From Pedosphaera sp. (GTDB lineage Bacteria; Verrucomicrobiota; Verrucomicrobiia; Limisphaerales; UBA1100): a stretch of 56,333 bases of DNA. Where the stretch lies: NCBI GenBank assembly GCA_009695465.1, contig SIAW01000004.1:1-56333 (forward strand), in the 5' to 3' direction. Below are positions 51,964 through 56,333 of the stretch, piece by piece (the stretch's first letter is position 1; each line of letters opens with the position of its first letter). The notes below the pieces were generated by a model. The model worked only from the letters and a program-made list of their open reading frames with translations, was not told the origin of the DNA and ran no database searches. The position numbers were made by a program, and so were the translations under genes.

Positions 51964-52239
51964 ATGAAAAAAATCCTACTCATCGCTGCGGCCCTGTGCT
52001 GCGCCGCCGTGCTCAGCGTCAATGGCGCTGACGAGAAGAAGCCCGAGAAAAAGGGCGAGAAGAAGAAGATCGAGTTGACCTCCGATCAGAAGGCGCTGCT
52101 CAAGGAGATCACCGAGAAGTACGACGCCAACAAGGACGGCAAGTTGGACAAGGACGAGCGCGCCAAGATCAGCGACGACGACAAGAAGAAGTTGGCTGAC
52201 GCCAAGCTGCCTGGCTTTGGTAAGAAGAAGGACAAGTAG
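51964..52239 (+). CDS. Small secreted Lys/Asp-rich EF-hand protein
   Basis: Signal peptide MKKILLIAAALCCAAVLSVNG and canonical EF-hand loop DANKDGKLDKDE. Confidence 0.8.
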   Translation: MKKILLIAAALCCAAVLSVNGADEKKPEKKGEKKKIELTSDQKALLKEITEKYDANKDGKLDKDERAKISDDDKKKLADAKLPGFGKKKDK

Positions 52240-52271
52240 TCATTTTACGGCGGCAACTTTGCCGCTGACAA

Positions 52272-52306
52272 AACGCCGCTCCTGCAAAGGGGCGGCGTTC
52301 TTTTTT
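52272..52306 (+). terminator. Rho-independent terminator
   Basis: AACGCCGCTCCT-GCAA-AGGGGCGGCGTT hairpin followed by CTTTTTT. A second small hairpin lies at about 52250-52265. Confidence 0.78.
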
Positions 52307-52335
52307 GCTCGCGACGTCTTCGCAGACATCACAAA

Positions 52336-53508
52336 TCACAGCGCGGCGCGATAGAGCCGGACGAAGTCTGCCGCCGCGATGGGGCGCGGATTGAATCCCG
52401 CTGTCCATTGCCGCGCGGCTTCTGCAGCCAGTTGTTCGATGGCCGGTTCATTCACGCCGCACGCCGACAGCCGGCGTGACAGCTCGGCGGTGTCCAGCAG
52501 CGATTCAATCAAGCTCGCCAACGTCTCGGCAGGCGCTTGGCCGTTGGCGGCGGTGCCAGCGGCAGAAAGCAATTCTTGATAGTGTGCGCACGCCGTTTCC
52601 AATTCGCCATTGAAGCGCACCACATGCGGCAGCATGAGGCCCACCGCGTGCCCGTGGATGAAATCAAAATGCGCCGTCAACGGATTGGCGGCAGAATGTG
52701 CCGCGCCGAGCATGCTGTGTTCGATGGCCGTACCCGCCAACGCTGCGCCCAGCAGCATGCGACTGCGCGCCTCCAAATTCGCAGGCTCGCGCAGCACCCG
52801 CGGCAGGCTGGACGCCAGCAATCCGAATGCGGCGTTGGAATATTTTCCGGAGATGACGTTGCGCTTGTTGGTGACGGCGGTTTCCACCGCGTGCGCCAGT
52901 GCATCAATGCCCGTGCAGGCACTCACGCGGGCGGGCTGCGAGAGGGTCAGCAGCGGATCCAGAATCGTCACCTTGGCCATCGCCTTGGGATCGCCGCAGG
53001 CCATTTTCTGGTGCGTGACATTGTCGGCAATCAACGCGAAGGACTGGCATTCGCTGCCGGTGCCCGCCGTCGTGGGGATCATGATGGACGGCAACATGGG
53101 CAGTTTGGCTTTGCCCACGCCCCAGTAATCCTGCATCTGCCCGCCGTTGGTGAGGATAAAATTGGTGCCCTTGGCCGTGTCCATCGAACTGCCGCCGCCC
53201 AAGCCGATGATGAAATCCACGCCCGCCTGTCGCGCGACGGCGACGCAATCCTCCACGCAAGCGGTGGTGGGATTTTCCTTCGCGCGATCGTAGAGGGTCA
53301 CTGCCACGCCCGCGCGTTCCAAGTGGCCGCGCACGGCGCCCGCGTGGCCCGCCGCCACGATGCCGGCATCGGTGACGAGCAACGCGCGCGTCGCGCCCAG
53401 TTCGCGCGCCCGCATGCCGGTTTGGGATGCGGTGCCCGCGCCGAACACGACGCACAGGTGCGGGTGGCGCTCAATCAACGAAGGGTCAATGTCCGCGGGC
53501 AAACTCAC
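52336..53508 (-). CDS. Iron-containing alcohol dehydrogenase
   Basis: Motifs ENP, GGGSSMDTAK, PTTAGTGSE, DALAHAVE, H...N and HG. Confidence 0.9.
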   Translation of the reverse strand: MSLPADIDPSLIERHPHLCVVFGAGTASQTGMRARELGATRALLVTDAGIVAAGHAGAVRGHLERAGVAVTLYDRAKENPTTACVEDCVAVARQAGVDFIIGLGGGSSMDTAKGTNFILTNGGQMQDYWGVGKAKLPMLPSIMIPTTAGTGSECQSFALIADNVTHQKMACGDPKAMAKVTILDPLLTLSQPARVSACTGIDALAHAVETAVTNKRNVISGKYSNAAFGLLASSLPRVLREPANLEARSRMLLGAALAGTAIEHSMLGAAHSAANPLTAHFDFIHGHAVGLMLPHVVRFNGELETACAHYQELLSAAGTAANGQAPAETLASLIESLLDTAELSRRLSACGVNEPAIEQLAAEAARQWTAGFNPRPIAAADFVRLYRAAL

Positions 53509-53579
53509 GGCAAACTCAGACGCGGCATTGCCGATGTGTGTTCAAGCTGCTGCGACGGCGCGCCATTTCGCGGCGCAGT

Positions 53580-54671
53580 CTAGTACACGCCCTCGACGAT
53601 TTTCTTGGAGAGTGCCCCGAAGGGACGCACCTCTGCGACGCCGTCCCACGGATAAAGATCAATCGGCTCGCGGCGGATGGCCTCGTCACGTTCCAGAAAG
53701 CGAGGCATGAAAAATTCCTTCGTCAACGTGGTCAACTCCACGCGGCCCCACTGTTCGTAGGGCACGGGCTGGTCGGTCTCGGAGTTGATCACGCGCAGTG
53801 TGGCACGCGGCTGCGGCGCGTAGTAGGTGATGGAATATTTGTCGGCGGGCGTGAGCGGGCGATGCCTGGCCAGTCCCATCAACGTGTTGCCGTAGGTGGG
53901 CACGAAGCCGATTTTGTTCTCCAACAATTCCTCGACGAGGAAGCGCGTGTACTGCGGATCCATCGTAGTGCCGCCGCAAAACACGCCGCGGATGCCGGCC
54001 TTGTGGAGGTCGATCCGTTCGGCGAGCGCCTCGAGCAGCTTGGGCGTGGTGAAGAGCGCGCTGACTTTGCGATGCGTCAAGATGGTGACGGCCTGGTCCA
54101 CGACGTGTTCCATGTACGCCTTGGCCTCATCGTATTTTTTATCAATGAGCACCCGCTTCACCCAACGCGGATCCAAGTCCACGAAGTAGCAGGAGCAGCC
54201 GCGCACGTTGGCCAAGTGCTCGATGGACAAGCGCAGGCGGCGCGGGCCGGTGGGGCCGACCATCAGCCAATAGTGGTCGCGCGGGAAATGCTCGTCCTTG
54301 AGCGTCTCAGAAAACTCGCTGTAATCTATTTTGTAATCTTCCCAGCCGATGCGCTGCTTGGGCATGCCCGTGGTGCCGCCGGTCTCAAAAATATTGAAGG
54401 GCCGCCCCTTGTACTGGCGCGGCACCCAGACTTCCGGCTGCATATCGCGCAGCCACTCGTCCTGGAAATGCGGGAACTTGGCGATGATGTCGGCGAAGCA
54501 CTTGACCTCTTGGGCGGGATCCCAGCCGGCCTTCTTCGCCCAGTCCAGCCAGAACGGGCAGCCGGTCTCCGGCGAGAAATGCCACTGGATAATCTCCCGC
54601 ACATGCGCGTCGAGTTGCTGCTGTGCGGCGTGGGTCTTTGCTTCCAAGCTGGCGGAATTAGCGGTTGTCAT
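53580..54671 (-). CDS. EhpF-like (phenazine-modification type) AMP-forming/acyl-activating protein
   Basis: WHFSPETGCPFW, FETGGTTGMPK (ANL P-loop-like), GGT, TYGNT, G.V.L and ERD. Start ATG at 54671. Confidence 0.65.
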   Translation of the reverse strand: MTTANSASLEAKTHAAQQQLDAHVREIIQWHFSPETGCPFWLDWAKKAGWDPAQEVKCFADIIAKFPHFQDEWLRDMQPEVWVPRQYKGRPFNIFETGGTTGMPKQRIGWEDYKIDYSEFSETLKDEHFPRDHYWLMVGPTGPRRLRLSIEHLANVRGCSCYFVDLDPRWVKRVLIDKKYDEAKAYMEHVVDQAVTILTHRKVSALFTTPKLLEALAERIDLHKAGIRGVFCGGTTMDPQYTRFLVEELLENKIGFVPTYGNTLMGLARHRPLTPADKYSITYYAPQPRATLRVINSETDQPVPYEQWGRVELTTLTKEFFMPRFLERDEAIRREPIDLYPWDGVAEVRPFGALSKKIVEGVY

Positions 54672-56333
54672 TGCTTTGGGATGATGAGGGATCGTTTGGA
54701 GTTGATGGCCGCTCCTGCCGCACCGGGTCGTCTTGCCTCGGCAAACGCGGAGTGGATGCCTGCGGTGTCGGGGAAGGATTTCCGGAGGGCTGCGCGGCCG
54801 GACGATCGGGCCGCTGCGAGGCATAACGCTGACGCTGATCCTGCTGCGGGCGTTGTTGGCCGGACTGCCGCTGCGGATTGTTCCGGGAATCACGCTGATC
54901 ACGTGAGTCACGCGGGTCGCGTGAATCGCGAGGGTCACGCTGATCACGTGAGTCACGCGAATCCTGCTGCGGCCGCTGCTGGGCATACGGGCGCGGATTA
55001 TTCCGGGAATCGCGCGAGCCTTGTTGCGATTGTTGCGAGCGTTGCGGGTTCTGACTTTGTTGCGGCTGCTGTTGGAGATGATTCTGCGGCTGCTGCTCCT
55101 GCGGCAGGTTGCCCACGAAATAGCGGCGCAAGATTTCATCCGCCGGCCGGGCGGTGAACCGCGAGACCAACAACAGCACCGCCGTGGACGCCGCAAACAT
55201 CGGCAACACCGGCAGCATCCCAAAAAATGTCGGCGAGGTGGCTGCACCGTCCGCCGCTCGGAGCAGCAACAGAACACCAACGACCATCGCTGCAGCCATC
55301 GCTGCGCCCACACCGACTGCCGTTGCACGCGGCCAGTACAGCGCCGCAAAGACAATCGGGAACAGCGCGGCAAAACCGCTCACGCACCAAACACCCAGCG
55401 TGGCCAGCCGCCCCGAATCGGCCAGCAAAGCGGCGGCGACGCAGGCCAACAGGGCGACCGCAGTCGTGACCCAACGGGCGGTGTCAATTTTTTCAGTATC
55501 ACTGGGGAACGCACGGCCGGACATCGCCAGCACCAGATCCTGCGTGATCACCGTACCCAGACTCATCAGCATTGGCACCACGCACACGCATGCCCCGGCG
55601 ACGGTCAGCACCGCAAAAATTCCCGTGAGCAATAATGAGGAGGACAGTTGCCCGAGCAACGCCGCCAGCACATCCGGAGTGGTGGCGACATCTTTCGCGG
55701 CCAACGCCGCCGCCACCGCCGCCGAGGTGGCAGAAGCCAGCACATCCGGAGTGGTGGCGACATCTTTCGCGGCCAACAACGTGCCTGCGGCCCAGATGCC
55801 CAAGAGCACGCAGGGCAGCCACAGGATTGCCAGCGCGATGGGATGCACGATGAGCGCGCGGCGAAACGTATCGGGCGAACGTGCGCCCATCCAAAACAGG
55901 AACATCTGCGGCAACACGCCCAGTGCCAGCGGCAGGAAGAGCGCGGAGAGGAATTGGACGTGCGACACGGTGCTTGTCGGTGCGGTGGGTTCCGATGGCA
56001 GGGTCGGTTCCGGGCCTTTCTTGCCGCCCAATTGCCACTCGGCTTTTTTGTTGGCCAACTCCACTTCCGCTTCGGTGTGGGCCTTCTGTTCGGCGGCAAA
56101 TTGTTTGGCGTTCTCTGGATGCACGCCCATCACCAGCAACCCGCGCGCGCGCGGTTGGTCGCCGGTCAGCTCTGTGGCGTGTTTGATGTTGGCCGCGACC
56201 GACCACGCTTTGCCTTCTTTCTTGGCGACATCACGGCTGATGCGATGGGCTGTGTACAACGTGGCGAGTAGTCCCGCCGCCAGCAATGCGACCGCGCAGA
56301 TCAGTGTGAAACGACTGGCCGCGCGCATGCCGC
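54658..56333 (-). CDS. Sodium:solute symporter family protein (5'-truncated at window edge) with low-complexity C-terminal tail
   Basis: Multi-TM, with GMRA, LPQMF..W..A, LYW.RAT..G and VS.FT patterns typical of the SSS C-terminal half. The frame is open to the window end. Confidence 0.7.
   Translation of the reverse strand, partial: GMRAASRFTLICAVALLAAGLLATLYTAHRISRDVAKKEGKAWSVAANIKHATELTGDQPRARGLLVMGVHPENAKQFAAEQKAHTEAEVELANKKAEWQLGGKKGPEPTLPSEPTAPTSTVSHVQFLSALFLPLALGVLPQMFLFWMGARSPDTFRRALIVHPIALAILWLPCVLLGIWAAGTLLAAKDVATTPDVLASATSAAVAAALAAKDVATTPDVLAALLGQLSSSLLLTGIFAVLTVAGACVCVVPMLMSLGTVITQDLVLAMSGRAFPSDTEKIDTARWVTTAVALLACVAAALLADSGRLATLGVWCVSGFAALFPIVFAALYWPRATAVGVGAAMAAAMVVGVLLLLRAADGAATSPTFFGMLPVLPMFAASTAVLLLVSRFTARPADEILRRYFVGNLPQEQQPQNHLQQQPQQSQNPQRSQQSQQGSRDSRNNPRPYAQQRPQQDSRDSRDQRDPRDSRDPRDSRDQRDSRNNPQRQSGQQRPQQDQRQRYASQRPDRPAAQPSGNPSPTPQASTPRLPRQDDPVRQERPSTPNDPSSSQSNDNR
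54880..54965 (-). repeat. 9-bp-period coding repeat, (RD[S/Q/P])n
   Basis: Encodes DSRDSRDQRDPRDSRDPRDSRDQRDSR. Exact 25-bp copies at 54890-54914 and 54935-54959. Confidence 0.85.
55664..55777. repeat. Exact 42-bp direct repeat (72-bp period) inside the symporter
   Basis: GCCAGCACATCCGGAGTGGTGGCGACATCTTTCGCGGCCAAC at 55664-55705 and 55736-55777, encoding LAAKDVATTPDVLA twice. Confidence 0.92.

Noticed and set aside
54880-54965. Short repeats with palindromes as a CRISPR array or operator array
   Set aside because: The period is 9 bp, in frame with a tripeptide repeat. There are no unique spacers of CRISPR length and no cas genes.
53580-55373. 597-aa version of the EhpF-like ORF with an R/S/I-rich N-terminus
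   Set aside because: The extension is an alternative frame of the symporter's repeat tail. The ATG at 54671 gives a sensible start with a 14-nt overlap.

Overview
This is a GC-rich core-chromosome segment, most likely from a Verrucomicrobiota (PVC superphylum) bacterium. The assignment rests on a 51-aa PVC-signature-type small basic protein that the ORF track missed, a DUF5069-like gene and the overall gene content. It holds about 55 tightly packed genes, mostly housekeeping: leuB, thiG, the LPS heptose/KDO genes, pyrG, folC, ileS, folD, nadD-rsfS, ftsK...rodZ-rimO-pgsA-pgpA, rnc-clpP-clpX, dnaA, pyrD and tyrA-aroA-cmk. I saw no rRNA, tRNA, CRISPR array or mobile element. The standout observation is at 30.6-35.3 kb. 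The cell-division DNA translocase FtsK carries a class III adenylate-cyclase domain inserted in its linker, with all six canonical catalytic and specificity residues present. Directly downstream is a cNMP-binding protein with no DNA-binding domain, followed by a convergent ElaC-like metallo-beta-lactamase-fold hydrolase that could be a phosphodiesterase. Together they suggest a make/sense/erase cyclic-nucleotide module tied to chromosome segregation and division. Other oddities are an internally deleted P-II (glnB) next to the dnaA upstream region, a solute symporter with a recent 42-bp duplication and an RD-repeat disordered tail, an EhpF-like adenylating enzyme and an enlarged ABC permease. 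All family names come from motif recognition by eye, not from database searches. Start codons were adjusted by hand where the ORF track over-extends.
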